A stretch of 64,000 bases of DNA, from positions 37,729 through 101,728 of the forward strand of contig JAAWDG010000011.1 in the NCBI GenBank assembly GCA_022793655.1. The letters run 5' to 3'. Under the pieces are notes generated by a model. The model ran no database searches, was not told where the DNA came from, and was given only the letters and a program-made list of their open reading frames with translations. Origin of the DNA: Clostridiales bacterium (GTDB lineage Bacteria > Bacillota > Clostridia > Oscillospirales > CAG-272). Made by a program: the position numbers and the translations under genes. This document shows, one piece after another, positions 27,363-37,862 of the stretch; position 1 is the first letter of the stretch, and every line of letters starts with the position of its first letter.

Positions 27363-28448
27363 ATGAAAATTAAATGTTTATGTTTGGCTTTAGCGATATG
27401 CGCCGGCCTTGCTTGTTTGACAGGGTGTGGTTGCAGTAAGGAGAACAAAAGCGGTGCCGATGTGCATGTTTTCTATTACACCTATAGTGATCCGTATATT
27501 TCCAGTGTGCGCAGTGCGCTGAGCAAAAAGTTGCAAGAGGCGGGGCTTAGCGTACAAGAGTATGACAGCAATAACAGCCAGACCACGCAAACCGAACAAG
27601 TGCAGACGGCGATCACCAAAGGCGCCAAAATGATCGTGGTAAATATTGTGACAACCGGTTCTGATGATGCGTCATCTGGTATTGTGAGAATGGCGAAGGA
27701 CGCGGGTATACCAGTTGTCTTTTTCAACAGAGAGGTTTCAGACAGTGTGGTAAACAGCTATGATAAATGCGCGTTTGTTGGAACCAACGCCGCCGAAGCC
27801 GGCTATTTGCAGGGCGACATGGTGGGTGATTATGTTGCAGAAAATTATGACAAAGTTGATTTAAACGGCGACGGCCGTATATCCTATGTTCTTTTTATGG
27901 GAGAACAGGGAAATAATGAAGCGATTTATCGGACAAAATATTCAGTAGAAAATGCCAATAAAAAATTGACCGCTGCTTCGAAAAATGAATTAGTGTTTTA
28001 TGACAGCAGCAATACTGATGGCTATTTGCTTGACAAAGAGGGCAAATGGTCGGCGCAAGCGGCGAACGAGTATATGACAACAGCGCTTACCTCTTACAAC
28101 GCGGCGAACGACAATATGATTGAGTTAATTATCTGTAATAATGATAATATGGCCGAGGGGGCTATTACTGCTTTACAGACATCCGGATTTAATACAGGCG
28201 TAGAAGGGGCGACCACGATTCCCGTCTTTGGCGTTGATGCGACCGATGCAGCGAAAGAATTGATTAAAGCCGGCAAAATGGCTGGTACGATTAAGCAGGA
28301 CGCCGATGGTATGGCAACCGCACTTGCTAAAACCGCCAAAAACGGAATTGAAGAAAAAGCGCTGCTTGATGATATGAACGATTATACAATTGATCAGAAT
28401 ACAGCCAAAGTGCGCATACCATACGGAATTTATTTAGGTGAAGAATAA
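27363..28448 (+). CDS. galactose/glucose ABC binding lipoprotein (MglB-like)
   Basis: LTGC lipobox; PVVFFNRE, DLNGDGRI Ca-binding loop, NNDNMAEGA, FGVDAT. Confidence 0.87.
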   Translation: MKIKCLCLALAICAGLACLTGCGCSKENKSGADVHVFYYTYSDPYISSVRSALSKKLQEAGLSVQEYDSNNSQTTQTEQVQTAITKGAKMIVVNIVTTGSDDASSGIVRMAKDAGIPVVFFNREVSDSVVNSYDKCAFVGTNAAEAGYLQGDMVGDYVAENYDKVDLNGDGRISYVLFMGEQGNNEAIYRTKYSVENANKKLTAASKNELVFYDSSNTDGYLLDKEGKWSAQAANEYMTTALTSYNAANDNMIELIICNNDNMAEGAITALQTSGFNTGVEGATTIPVFGVDATDAAKELIKAGKMAGTIKQDADGMATALAKTAKNGIEEKALLDDMNDYTIDQNTAKVRIPYGIYLGEE

Positions 28449-28492
28449 CGCGGTAAGCCAAATGGATAAAAAGCGGCGGAAGGGGAATTTTA

Positions 28493-29995
28493 ATGAGTGA
28501 CAATATATTGCTGGAAATGAAAGAAATCAGCAAGGAATTTCCTGGGGTAAAAGCCTTAAATCGTGTAACCCTGCGTGTTAAAAAGGGTACTGTGCACGCC
28601 CTGATGGGAGAGAATGGCGCCGGTAAATCGACGTTAATGAAATGTTTATTCGGCATGTATGCCAAAGATAGCGGACAGATTTTTTTGGAGGGTAAGGAAG
28701 TATCTTTCAAAAACGCAAAAGAGGCATTGGAGCATGGGGTAGCCATGGTGCATCAGGAACTGAACCAAGCGCTCAAACGCAGTGTCATGGACAATCTTTG
28801 GTTGGGACGGTATCCGACAGTGCTTGGAGGTTTAGTGGTTTCCGAGCATCAAATGAAAGAGGAAACAAAACGCATTTTTGAAAGTATGGAGCTCCGCGTT
28901 GACCCCAAGGCGATTATGAGTACGCTGCCGGTAGCGACGCGACAGATGGTGGAAATTGCGAAAGCAATTTCCTACCATTCTAAAATCATTGTGTTTGATG
29001 AGCCCACCTCTTCGCTGACTGAACAAGAAGTAGCCCATCTTTTTCGCATGATTCGTATGCTAAAAGAAGAAGGCTGCGGCATTATTTATATATCCCACAA
29101 AATGGAAGAAATTCTCAGTATTTCGGACGAGGTCACCGTCATGCGAGACGGCACATGGGTGGCTACTGAGCCTGCGTCGGCATTAGATATGGATCAATTA
29201 ATCCGCTTGATGGTGGGGCGGACTTTGACAGACCGTTTTCCGCCTAAGACTAATCAGCCATCAGAGCCGATTTTAGAGGTACAGGGACTCACGGCGATGC
29301 ATTCGCATGTGAAAGACGTATCCTTCACTCTGCGCAAAGGCGAAATTCTTGGATTTGCCGGTCTTGCTGGTGCTGGCCGCACCGAGGTATTAGAATGTCT
29401 TTTTGGTGTAGCGGCAAAAAAAGAGGGTCGCATTACAGTGGATGGCCGCAACGTGCGCAATCGAAATGCAAGAGAGTCGATACGAAATGGGTTTGCTTTG
29501 CTAACCGAAGAACGACGGGCAACCGGTATATTCGGCATCTTAGATATAACCGAAAATGTAGCAATTTCCAGCCTTTCTAAATATAAAGTGAAAGGATTGT
29601 ATTTGAGCAATCGTCGTATGCGTGAGGATACCGCATGGGCTATCAAGGCGATGCGTATTAAAACGCCTTCACAAAAGACAAAAATTCGTTCGCTGTCAGG
29701 CGGTAATCAGCAAAAGGTTATTTTGGGTCGCTGGCTTATCACCGATCCAGATATTCTCTTATTGGACGAGCCGACGCGTGGCATTGATGTAGGCGCTAAG
29801 TTTGAAATTTATCAATTGATTTTAGATTTGGCGAATAACGGAAAATCAGTCATTATGGTCTCAAGTGAAATGCCCGAATTGCTTGGCGTGTGCGACCGCA
29901 TTGTTGTTATGTCAGGCGGCCGGATCGCCGGAACGGTGGAAGCAAAAAACACATCACAGGAAGAAATTATGGCTCTTGCAGCCAAATATGTATAG
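28493..29995 (+). CDS. mglA: galactoside ABC ATP-binding protein
   Basis: [44 protein letters not shown]. Confidence 0.88.
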   Translation: MSDNILLEMKEISKEFPGVKALNRVTLRVKKGTVHALMGENGAGKSTLMKCLFGMYAKDSGQIFLEGKEVSFKNAKEALEHGVAMVHQELNQALKRSVMDNLWLGRYPTVLGGLVVSEHQMKEETKRIFESMELRVDPKAIMSTLPVATRQMVEIAKAISYHSKIIVFDEPTSSLTEQEVAHLFRMIRMLKEEGCGIIYISHKMEEILSISDEVTVMRDGTWVATEPASALDMDQLIRLMVGRTLTDRFPPKTNQPSEPILEVQGLTAMHSHVKDVSFTLRKGEILGFAGLAGAGRTEVLECLFGVAAKKEGRITVDGRNVRNRNARESIRNGFALLTEERRATGIFGILDITENVAISSLSKYKVKGLYLSNRRMREDTAWAIKAMRIKTPSQKTKIRSLSGGNQQKVILGRWLITDPDILLLDEPTRGIDVGAKFEIYQLILDLANNGKSVIMVSSEMPELLGVCDRIVVMSGGRIAGTVEAKNTSQEEIMALAAKYV

Positions 29996-30146
29996 AGGAA
30001 AACGCCAAAACTTGGTTTCATATGGTCTTGGCCACCATTTAAAAAACCAATTTAGCTTTTCTTAAGAAGGGGTCAAGTTTTGTGCTGCGCCAAAACTTGA
30101 ATCGCAAACAGTTCTCTAAGAAGTAGTCGCAGCATGGAGGCTAATT

Positions 30147-31217
30147 ATGAAAGAAAAAACAGGCTTTGGCGGTCGTATTCAGGCCTTTAAAAGTTTAGAA
30201 CCAAAGGACCGGCGACTATGGTATAAAGAATTTTTTATCAATAATTCGCTTTATTTATTTTTATTTGCGGCGATTATTGCCATAGAAATTGTCGACCCTA
30301 TGTTTTTGTCCGTGCCGTCTATTGTGAACATTATTTCGCTGTCGGCGGCCAACTTGCCGATTGCGCTTGGTATAGCAGGTTGTATCATCTTGACGGGTAC
30401 AGACCTTTCAGCCGGCCGTATCGTTGGCTTTACGGCTTGTGTAGCTGCTTCCTTATTACAGGCAAGCGGCTATCCGAATAAAATGTTTCCGGGGCTTGCT
30501 ACTATGCCGATTTGGCTTGTGTTTTTGATTGTTGTGGCGATTGGCGCGCTTGTTGGTACAGTCAACGGTTTTTGTACGGCCAAATTTCATCTTCATCCGT
30601 TCATTGTGACGCTTGCTACCCAATTAATTTTATATGGCGTCCTTTTGATGTATTTAATGAATGGCAATAACAATGGTCAGTCGATTTCTGGTCTTGATGC
30701 CGGTTATGATCAGTTTATTAAAGGCAGCTTTTTGAAAATCGGAAAAACGCCCATTCCTAATTTTGTTTTTTACGTGATGATCATTACGTTGATTATGTGG
30801 TTTATTTGGAATAAAACCAAATTCGGTAAAAATATGTTTGCGGTTGGTTCCAATCCCGAGGCTGCCAATGTTTCGGGCGTTAATGTAACGGCCACGATTA
30901 TTTTGGTCTTTATGCTGGCCGGTATTATGTATGGCGTTACCGGATTTATCGAGGCAGCCCGCATTGGCTCAAACTCAGCGACAACAGGACTTAATTATGA
31001 ATTAGACGCGATTGCGGCCTGTGTTATTGGCGGCGTTTCGTTTGTGGGTGGTATTGGTAAAATTCGAGGGGTCATTATGGGCGTGGTACTGCTTCGCATC
31101 ATTTTCGTGGGACTTACGTTTCTCTCGATCGATGCGAATATGCAGTATGTGATCAAAGGCCTCATCATTTTAATTGCTTGTGCGATTGATATGCGCAAAT
31201 ATTTGGTGAGAAAATGA
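30147..31217 (+). CDS. mglC: galactoside ABC permease
   Basis: GTDLSAGR, HPFIVTL, YELDAIAACVIGGVSF. Confidence 0.88.
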   Translation: MKEKTGFGGRIQAFKSLEPKDRRLWYKEFFINNSLYLFLFAAIIAIEIVDPMFLSVPSIVNIISLSAANLPIALGIAGCIILTGTDLSAGRIVGFTACVAASLLQASGYPNKMFPGLATMPIWLVFLIVVAIGALVGTVNGFCTAKFHLHPFIVTLATQLILYGVLLMYLMNGNNNGQSISGLDAGYDQFIKGSFLKIGKTPIPNFVFYVMIITLIMWFIWNKTKFGKNMFAVGSNPEAANVSGVNVTATIILVFMLAGIMYGVTGFIEAARIGSNSATTGLNYELDAIAACVIGGVSFVGGIGKIRGVIMGVVLLRIIFVGLTFLSIDANMQYVIKGLIILIACAIDMRKYLVRK

Positions 31218-31579
31218 ATGCCGACACGATGCAGACAAAAAAAGATGCAGGCGGTCTTTATCAAAATCTACGCGTTCCAGTAAAAGCGCTCAATGGCTTT
31301 ATATTCGTTTGCTTACTGCTGTTGTTATTGGTTAGCGTCGTACTGACGCTGAGGGGCGGCTATACAGTATCTTTTTGTACCAATGGCGGCACAGCAGTAG
31401 ATTCCATTCGTTTACGATACGGCGATGACATTCCGTTTCCAGCGGTGCCTGAACGCACTGGCTATCGGTTTGGCGGCTGGTATACAGACCCAGATTTAAC
31501 GGTGCGTTGGAATTTTGCAGAAGACCAGATAGAGCAGGCAACGATTCTTTACGCAGCATGGATTCCTGAGAAAAAATAA
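31214..31579 (+). CDS. membrane-anchored InlB B-repeat (Flg_new-like) protein
   Basis: TM helix then YTVSFCTNGG..PERTGYRFGGWY..WNF..ILYAAW. Confidence 0.8.
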   Translation: MNADTMQTKKDAGGLYQNLRVPVKALNGFIFVCLLLLLLVSVVLTLRGGYTVSFCTNGGTAVDSIRLRYGDDIPFPAVPERTGYRFGGWYTDPDLTVRWNFAEDQIEQATILYAAWIPEKK

Positions 31580-31629
31580 ATGTGCCGGCGCTCTTGCGCG
31601 TTTTGCGGCATCATTAGTTGGTCAATCAC

Positions 31630-31658
31630 AAAAAGGGCTGTTTGAGGCAGCCCTTTTT
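31630..31658. terminator. bidirectional terminator
   Basis: AAAAAGGGCTG..CAGCCCTTTTT. Confidence 0.78.
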
Positions 31659-31666
31659 AAAAGATA

Positions 31667-33001
31667 TTAGTTTGTGTTTAGTTTCGTTCTAAAAAGTCGC
31701 AAAAAGCAAATAGCCGATAAAATCACGCTAAGCAACTCAGCCAGCGGAACAGCCAGCCAAATGCCGTCTGCTTTTATGATATGCGGCAGCAGAAGCAGTC
31801 CTGGCAAAATGAAAACAAATGTTCGCATAAGAGACAGCGCTGCCGACGTTGCACCATCTGACAGGGCGGTGAAAAGGCTGGAGGCAAAAATATTGATGCC
31901 TCGGAAAAGATAGCATGCCGCATAGATATAAAATCCGTGTACCGCGAGTGCGAAAACCTCTCCGGCAGTCGGTGCAAAAAGGCCGACTAACGGCTTGGCG
32001 AATCGAATGGATATCAAAAAGGAAAGGGCTTGGCAGAGAATGATAAATAAAATGCTGATACGAAAGAGCCTTTTTAAGCGGAGAATATTTCCTTCTCCAT
32101 AGTTGTAGCTTAAAATGGGTGCAATTCCTGATGAAAAACCGACATAAACCGCGCTTAAAAAGAATTCAATATAGAGTACAATGGTAATGGCGGCAACACC
32201 GTTTTCGCCTAAATACCGCATCATCATGATATTGAATAAATAGGTGATGATTGCAGCAGAAAGATTGGTTACCATTTCAGAAGAACCATTTAAAAATGTA
32301 TGCAGAATGACGCCTTTGTTTTTCGCTGGGCACACAAAACACAGAGTGCCTTTTCGGTATAGGCTGAACCATATGATGCCAAATAGCGAAGGAATAAGAT
32401 AGCCAATGCCGGTGGCGATGGCGGCGCCGGCGATGCCCAAATGGAATAGGGCGATAAAAAGATAATCAAAAAGCATGTTGGCGCAGCCAGCCAAGATAGT
32501 AACCGTAAGACCGAGGGTTGGTTTGCCGGCGGTGACAAAAAACATTTGAAAAAGCATTTGCAAAATAGAGGGTATGGCAAAGAGCAACATAATACCGGCA
32601 TATTGCCGGCCGAAGTCATAGGTGGCTTCATTGGTGCCTAAAAATCGTAAAATCGGTTCTAAAAATAACAGGCCCGTTATTGTTAATAGGCTGCCGAGGA
32701 CAACTCCCAAAATCACAAGCAGTGTGAAATCTTGTTTTGCTTCGCTTTGGCTGCCTTCTCCCATTTTACGGGCTATGATAGCACTGCCGCCTGTGCCGAT
32801 CATAATGCCAATCGCCATGATAACATTTATAATCGGAAAGACAATATTAAGAGCCGCTAACGCGTCGGTGCTGACAAATTTAGATACGAAGATACCATCG
32901 ACAATAGTATACATAGACATAAAAACCATCATGATGATAGTTGGAAAAGCATATTTCAGCAAAGATAGAAAATGAAAATCTTTGGCTAATTGATTCTGCA
33001 T
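31667..33001 (-). CDS. MATE family efflux transporter
   Basis: YTIVDGIFV, NMLFDYLFI..GIAGAAIAT, GIWLAVPLAE. Confidence 0.92.
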   Translation of the reverse strand: MQNQLAKDFHFLSLLKYAFPTIIMMVFMSMYTIVDGIFVSKFVSTDALAALNIVFPIINVIMAIGIMIGTGGSAIIARKMGEGSQSEAKQDFTLLVILGVVLGSLLTITGLLFLEPILRFLGTNEATYDFGRQYAGIMLLFAIPSILQMLFQMFFVTAGKPTLGLTVTILAGCANMLFDYLFIALFHLGIAGAAIATGIGYLIPSLFGIIWFSLYRKGTLCFVCPAKNKGVILHTFLNGSSEMVTNLSAAIITYLFNIMMMRYLGENGVAAITIVLYIEFFLSAVYVGFSSGIAPILSYNYGEGNILRLKRLFRISILFIILCQALSFLISIRFAKPLVGLFAPTAGEVFALAVHGFYIYAACYLFRGINIFASSLFTALSDGATSAALSLMRTFVFILPGLLLLPHIIKADGIWLAVPLAELLSVILSAICFLRLFRTKLNTN

Positions 33002-33108
33002 ATAACCTCGCTTTCAATTTGTTGATTGTTTTTTTATGAGGGGAGGGGGCCAAATATTATAGCTGAAACTGTTGGTATTGTCAAGTTTGGAAAGTCCGGA
33101 GGCTAAAA

Positions 33109-33348
33109 ATGAAGCATAATGCGTTAATTGAACGCCCTAAGTGTGTAAGGCATCATGTGTATATGAATTTACGTGCGAAAAATCATTTGTCGAAAGAAGC
33201 GGATTTGTGCGGGGCTTGGTATGATTGTCCGGTTTATGGCTGTACTTGTTCGGTGCTTATACCTTCTGCATTGTTAAATACATTTGTGAATACAAAGGCG
33301 GCGTTGCCTGATTGTACCATGAGAACTGCGCATGGTATGGGTGATTAA
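33109..33348 (+). CDS. small Cys-rich hypothetical protein
   Basis: GGAGG RBS at good spacing; CGAWYDCPVYGCTCSVLIPS cluster. Confidence 0.5.
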   Translation: MKHNALIERPKCVRHHVYMNLRAKNHLSKEADLCGAWYDCPVYGCTCSVLIPSALLNTFVNTKAALPDCTMRTAHGMGD

Positions 33349-33512
33349 AACAAAGACACATAGCGTTGCATTTTCTATTTTCTTGTGGTACAATAGCAAA
33401 ATAAATTCTGGTTTTGCCAATTGAAAACCGCCTTTTTAATGGTTTTTCCATGTTTGAGACTGTTTTTGATTACGCAGAAGAGAAAAAATATACATAAAGG
33501 CAGGTTCCCCCC

Positions 33513-35396
33513 ATGATTCTTTCAAAAAACAAAAAAACACATATTATTTTGCCAAAAGAGCCGACGGCACGCGAACAGTTTGCGGCCGAGGAATTAGTCG
33601 TTTATTTGAAACGTATGTTTGGCATAGATGCCGCATTTGCAAAAACAGCAGAAGTATCGGCCAATGTATTTTTGATTGGCGGCCCAGCGCGGAATGCAGC
33701 ATCGGCCGTTCATTTTTCTGAAGTCCAGTTTAATGAGTTGTTGACCGGTGCGGAGGGAATGCTGATTGATATAAAAGGCGATACAGTACTTTTAGCCGGC
33801 AGTGAAGGATATGATGACGCGCAGCGTGGTACTGTATATGCAGTCTATGAGTTTTTAGAGCGTTATCTTGGCTGCACATTGGCGGCTTATAGCGCACCAG
33901 GGGTTTGTGCCGGTGAGAGGGTGCCGGTGTACGATATGTTGACGATTGAGGATGATCGTTATGTGAAAGCCGGTGCCGATCGTCCGTATCGTACGGCCAT
34001 TATTCAATATGGCGAAGCAGCCGGCAATCCCTATCATCAATTAAATAAGCCGTTTATCGATTGGCTGGCCAAAAACCGATATAATCGTATTTTAACCTGG
34101 GCAAGTGTGTACGAAGCATACAAAAAGATGGGACTGCTTGAGGAGTTTGAAAAGCGGGGTATTCGACTGAGTGTTGGCCATCATGAATCTTCCCGAATGT
34201 GGCTGCCTTATTTCGGCAATGAATATTTTACCGAAGCCTATGCCGAAACTCATCCCGAATATTATCGATTAAATGCGGACGGCACGCGCTTTACGCCGCA
34301 GAATAAGGATGATCATACCGGCCAGTGGATTTATTGTTCTCGCAATACTGATTGCATTGAACAAATTAGTCAAAACCTGATTCGCTGGGTGAAGGAAAAT
34401 CCATTGGTGGATACCATTGCTTTTTGGCCGAACGACGGCATCTTTGAACAGTGCTCTTGTGAGAAATGTGCGGCGCACAGCAAAGTGGAAAACTATACAT
34501 ATTTCCAAAACGAAGTAGCGAAACGAGTAAGCGCCGCTTGTCCGCAAATCAAAATTGATATGTTGGTTTATGTTGATTTATGGGAATGCCCCGAAGACGT
34601 TAAACTTGAGAATTGCCTGCAAATTGACGAGGCCGCTTGGGCTAAAGAGCAGAGAAAGTGCGGTAAACCAGACGGCACTTGTTTATCGGAAACCGAGTTT
34701 GAAACCAATATCATGCGTTGGAGAAAAGCCGGTGCCGATGTCGTTTATTATGATTATTATATGGGCGTCTATGGGAATCGCCAGCGCATTATTCCCATGG
34801 CGGATGAAATTCAGGCTATTTGGCAACGCTTTGCGGCGCTTGGTATCTCGGGCGCTGGCACGCAAATTGAGTGTTTTAATTTGTGGAACCACTTGATGAA
34901 TCTTTATACCTTTGGACGTACGGCTTATGATGCGACTCTGTCTTTCGAGGACAATTTGAATGCATTATGTAAATTGTTTGGCGCTGGCGGCCCGGCCGTC
35001 GCCCAGGCAATTCGTTTGATGGAGGCGGCGCTTGACGGCGAAGAAATCATTGGCTTTGCTGGAAAATATATGATTGAGCATGTTGATAAAGCGAAAGTAT
35101 ATGATTTGTTTGAAAAAGCGTTGGCAGCAGCTGAGGATGTACAATCCCGCAATAATATTCGTCTTGTGCGCATGGCGTTCCGTTATTCAGAAATAGAAAC
35201 AGCGGATCCGGCAAATCTGAATCGAGAGACGGTGCAGCGTTTCCAGGCGTATGAGGATGCTTCGGGTGAACTCGCTTATATGGCGGTGCATTTTGATAGT
35301 TTCCGTCACAATGACCCTGGTTATGGAATTGCGTTTCCGATTTTGAACACTGATGTGAAGGAATTTAAACCAGACAAGTGGTTTATTTTTGAATGA
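33513..35396 (+). CDS. putative glycoside-hydrolase-like protein (DUF4838-like, alpha-glucuronidase-type N-domain)
   Basis: FAAEELVVYL, RGTVYAVYEFLERYLGC, HPEYY, PND..CSCEKC motifs. Confidence 0.7.
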   Translation: MILSKNKKTHIILPKEPTAREQFAAEELVVYLKRMFGIDAAFAKTAEVSANVFLIGGPARNAASAVHFSEVQFNELLTGAEGMLIDIKGDTVLLAGSEGYDDAQRGTVYAVYEFLERYLGCTLAAYSAPGVCAGERVPVYDMLTIEDDRYVKAGADRPYRTAIIQYGEAAGNPYHQLNKPFIDWLAKNRYNRILTWASVYEAYKKMGLLEEFEKRGIRLSVGHHESSRMWLPYFGNEYFTEAYAETHPEYYRLNADGTRFTPQNKDDHTGQWIYCSRNTDCIEQISQNLIRWVKENPLVDTIAFWPNDGIFEQCSCEKCAAHSKVENYTYFQNEVAKRVSAACPQIKIDMLVYVDLWECPEDVKLENCLQIDEAAWAKEQRKCGKPDGTCLSETEFETNIMRWRKAGADVVYYDYYMGVYGNRQRIIPMADEIQAIWQRFAALGISGAGTQIECFNLWNHLMNLYTFGRTAYDATLSFEDNLNALCKLFGAGGPAVAQAIRLMEAALDGEEIIGFAGKYMIEHVDKAKVYDLFEKALAAAEDVQSRNNIRLVRMAFRYSEIETADPANLNRETVQRFQAYEDASGELAYMAVHFDSFRHNDPGYGIAFPILNTDVKEFKPDKWFIFE

Positions 35397-35409
35397 GATA
35401 TTGTTTATA

Positions 35410-35445
35410 AAAAAAGTCTGCATGGAGAATCCATGCAGACTTTTT
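35410..35445 (+). terminator. intrinsic terminator
   Basis: AAAAAAGTCTGCATGGA-gaa-TCCATGCAGACTTTTT. Confidence 0.82.
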
Positions 35446-35455
35446 AGCGTTTGAT

Positions 35456-35538
35456 TGTAAACGGTTACATTTATTTCTGTATTTCTCTTGACATGATATG
35501 AGAAATATTGTAATATGTAAATGTAAACGCTTACATTT
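35456..35538 (+). promoter_or_regulatory. promoter flanked by two LacI-type operators
   Basis: TGTAAACGGTTACA (35456-35469) and TGTAAACGCTTACA (35522-35535) around TTGACA-17-TAATAT. Confidence 0.8.
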
Positions 35539-35693
35539 TAAAAGTGCGGTGTGGGAAATACGGCCGTGTTAAAAGGCAATGAAGCTGTTTTACATGTAAA
35601 TTTATCCTAAAACGAAAAAACGCCGCTTTTGCCGGCGCGGATAAATTTCATAACGATTTGTACCGCCGCTTTGGCAGTGGGATGGAGATTATT

Positions 35694-36671
35694 ATGAATA
35701 TTTATGATATAGCCAGGCTGGCCGATGTTTCGACCGCGACTGTATCGCGGGTGATCAATGGTGGGCCAGTGAGTCGAAAAACTCGTGCGCGTGTTAATGA
35801 AGTGCTGAAAAAAACAGGATATCAGCCGAATCCATATGCGCAGGGCATGAACATTGGCAGTATGAAATTAGTGGGCATTTTGGTCGCCCAGATTGATGAC
35901 CTTTACTATATGCGTGCTGTTTCAGTTTTAGAACAGCGGCTTCGCGCGATGGATTATGATATTATCTTGTATAGCGTAGGGGAAGAAATGACGGGTGTAA
36001 AGCGATATATCCGTTCACTTTGCTCCCGCAAAGTTGATGCTATTTTTACAATTGGTTCTATTTTCCGCAAAGCGGAAAAAGATTTGTTTGCGCCTGACGG
36101 CATTCCTATTTTGACGATCAATTTAGAGACAGAGAACGAGGCTTGCTATAATATTTTTTGCGATGATGCCTCGGCAGTGGAACAAGCTGTCTGTAAGCTG
36201 TATGCAAAAGGCCGGCGTACTTTTTTGTATTTGAACGACTCTGATACGGCCAATGGCACGGCTAAGCTGACCGGTTTTTATCGGGGACTTGCTGCTTGTG
36301 GATTATCGAAAAAAGACCAATTTGTTTATAATTGTCCGCGAACCATTGAAGCTGCGCACTGTGAAGGCAAACGTATACTAAGTGAAAATCCGCATATCTC
36401 GGCTGTGCTTACCTCGGTGGATGAGTTGGCGGTGGGCGTGATAAAGGCCGCTTTTGATTTGGGCAGAAGCGTGCCTGACTCCCTTAGTGTAATGGGATAT
36501 GATAATTCGATTCTTTCCGAATGTTCGACGCCGCGTATTAGTACCGTGGATAATAAGGTTGATGAATTATGTATCTTAGGTGCTTCTATGATGTTAGATC
36601 TTTTGTCTGGCAAACCGGTGGCTAAAAAATATATTCTGAATAGTGAATTCATTGAAAAAGAAACAACATGA
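35694..36671 (+). CDS. LacI-family transcriptional regulator
   Basis: IYDIARLADVSTATVSRVIN HTH; VPDSLSVMGYDN. Confidence 0.94.
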   Translation: MNIYDIARLADVSTATVSRVINGGPVSRKTRARVNEVLKKTGYQPNPYAQGMNIGSMKLVGILVAQIDDLYYMRAVSVLEQRLRAMDYDIILYSVGEEMTGVKRYIRSLCSRKVDAIFTIGSIFRKAEKDLFAPDGIPILTINLETENEACYNIFCDDASAVEQAVCKLYAKGRRTFLYLNDSDTANGTAKLTGFYRGLAACGLSKKDQFVYNCPRTIEAAHCEGKRILSENPHISAVLTSVDELAVGVIKAAFDLGRSVPDSLSVMGYDNSILSECSTPRISTVDNKVDELCILGASMMLDLLSGKPVAKKYILNSEFIEKETT

Positions 36672-37852
36672 GAACAAAAATAATTAATGCACGTGTCATT
36701 ACACAGGGAAAAGAGTTCGATCGTCATACGATCGTAGTTGAGAATGATAAGATTGAGGCAGTTCTTCCTGCGACGGCGGTCGGTGATGGCTGTTTTGATC
36801 AGATCATTGATGCAAAGGGCGCTTATGCCAGCGCCGGTTTTATTGATTTGCATACGCACGGAATTGGCGGCTATGACTTTATGGACGCTGAAGGGGACGG
36901 AGTTTTAAATGCCTTGCGTATGTATGCACGTTTTGGGGTAACAGGTGTATATCCTACTACTATGAGCGCGCCGTTTGTGCAGGTGCGCGCCGCGCTAGAT
37001 TCTTTGGCCAAAGTTGATTTTACCATTGCTCAAGGCGCTGCTTTTTTAGGCGCGCATTTAGAGGGACCTTATTTTAGTCCCGCGCAGTGCGGCGCACAGC
37101 CGCCTGATCAATTGTGCGCGCCTTCAGATGAAGAGTATAAAAAGCTAATCAACGAATATTCATTTGTTCGCCGTATTGACGCTGCGCCTGAACTCTCCGG
37201 CAGTATGCAGATGGCAAAAGATTTGGCTTTAAAGGGCGTTATAAGTGGAATAGCGCATACCGATGCCGACGCACAAACAACGTTGTTGGCGGCTGATGCG
37301 GGCTATCGGATTGCGACTCATCTCTATTCAGGCATGTCGGGCGTACATCGAGAAAATGGATTTCGCAAGGGCGGCGTGGTAGAGGCTTGTCTTTTGCGGG
37401 ATGATGTTTATTGTGAAGCCATTTGCGATGGAATTCATTTGCCGGCTGAGTTATTAAAGCTCATTTATAAAGTAAAGGGAGCAGATCGCATGATATTAGT
37501 GACTGATTCCATGCGGGGGGCTGGTCTGAAAGAGGGAAGCAGATGTGTGTTAGGCAATAAGGATACGGGCACGCCTGTTGTCATTGCTGAAGGGGTGGCT
37601 TGGCTGCCTGATCGCAGCGCTTTTGCCGGTAGCGTTGCTACCTATGATGTTTTGATTCGCAAAGCAAGGGATTATGCGCATATTCCATTGCCGGATGTGA
37701 TTAAAATGGCGTCTGAAACACCGGCCCGAGCCATGAGGCTTTCAAACAAAGGAGTATTGGCTGCAGGCTATGATGCGGATATTACTCTATTTGATGAAAA
37801 TATAGAAATTCAGCTTACTATGGTAGGCGGAAAAACACAGTATGAAAGGTAA
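36668..37852 (+). CDS. nagA: N-acetyl-amino-sugar deacetylase (NagA family)
   Basis: GFIDLHTHG, HLEGPY, THLYSGM, DGIHL, LVTDS. Confidence 0.85.
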   Translation: MRTKIINARVITQGKEFDRHTIVVENDKIEAVLPATAVGDGCFDQIIDAKGAYASAGFIDLHTHGIGGYDFMDAEGDGVLNALRMYARFGVTGVYPTTMSAPFVQVRAALDSLAKVDFTIAQGAAFLGAHLEGPYFSPAQCGAQPPDQLCAPSDEEYKKLINEYSFVRRIDAAPELSGSMQMAKDLALKGVISGIAHTDADAQTTLLAADAGYRIATHLYSGMSGVHRENGFRKGGVVEACLLRDDVYCEAICDGIHLPAELLKLIYKVKGADRMILVTDSMRGAGLKEGSRCVLGNKDTGTPVVIAEGVAWLPDRSAFAGSVATYDVLIRKARDYAHIPLPDVIKMASETPARAMRLSNKGVLAAGYDADITLFDENIEIQLTMVGGKTQYER

Positions 37853-37862
37853 GGTAACCAAC

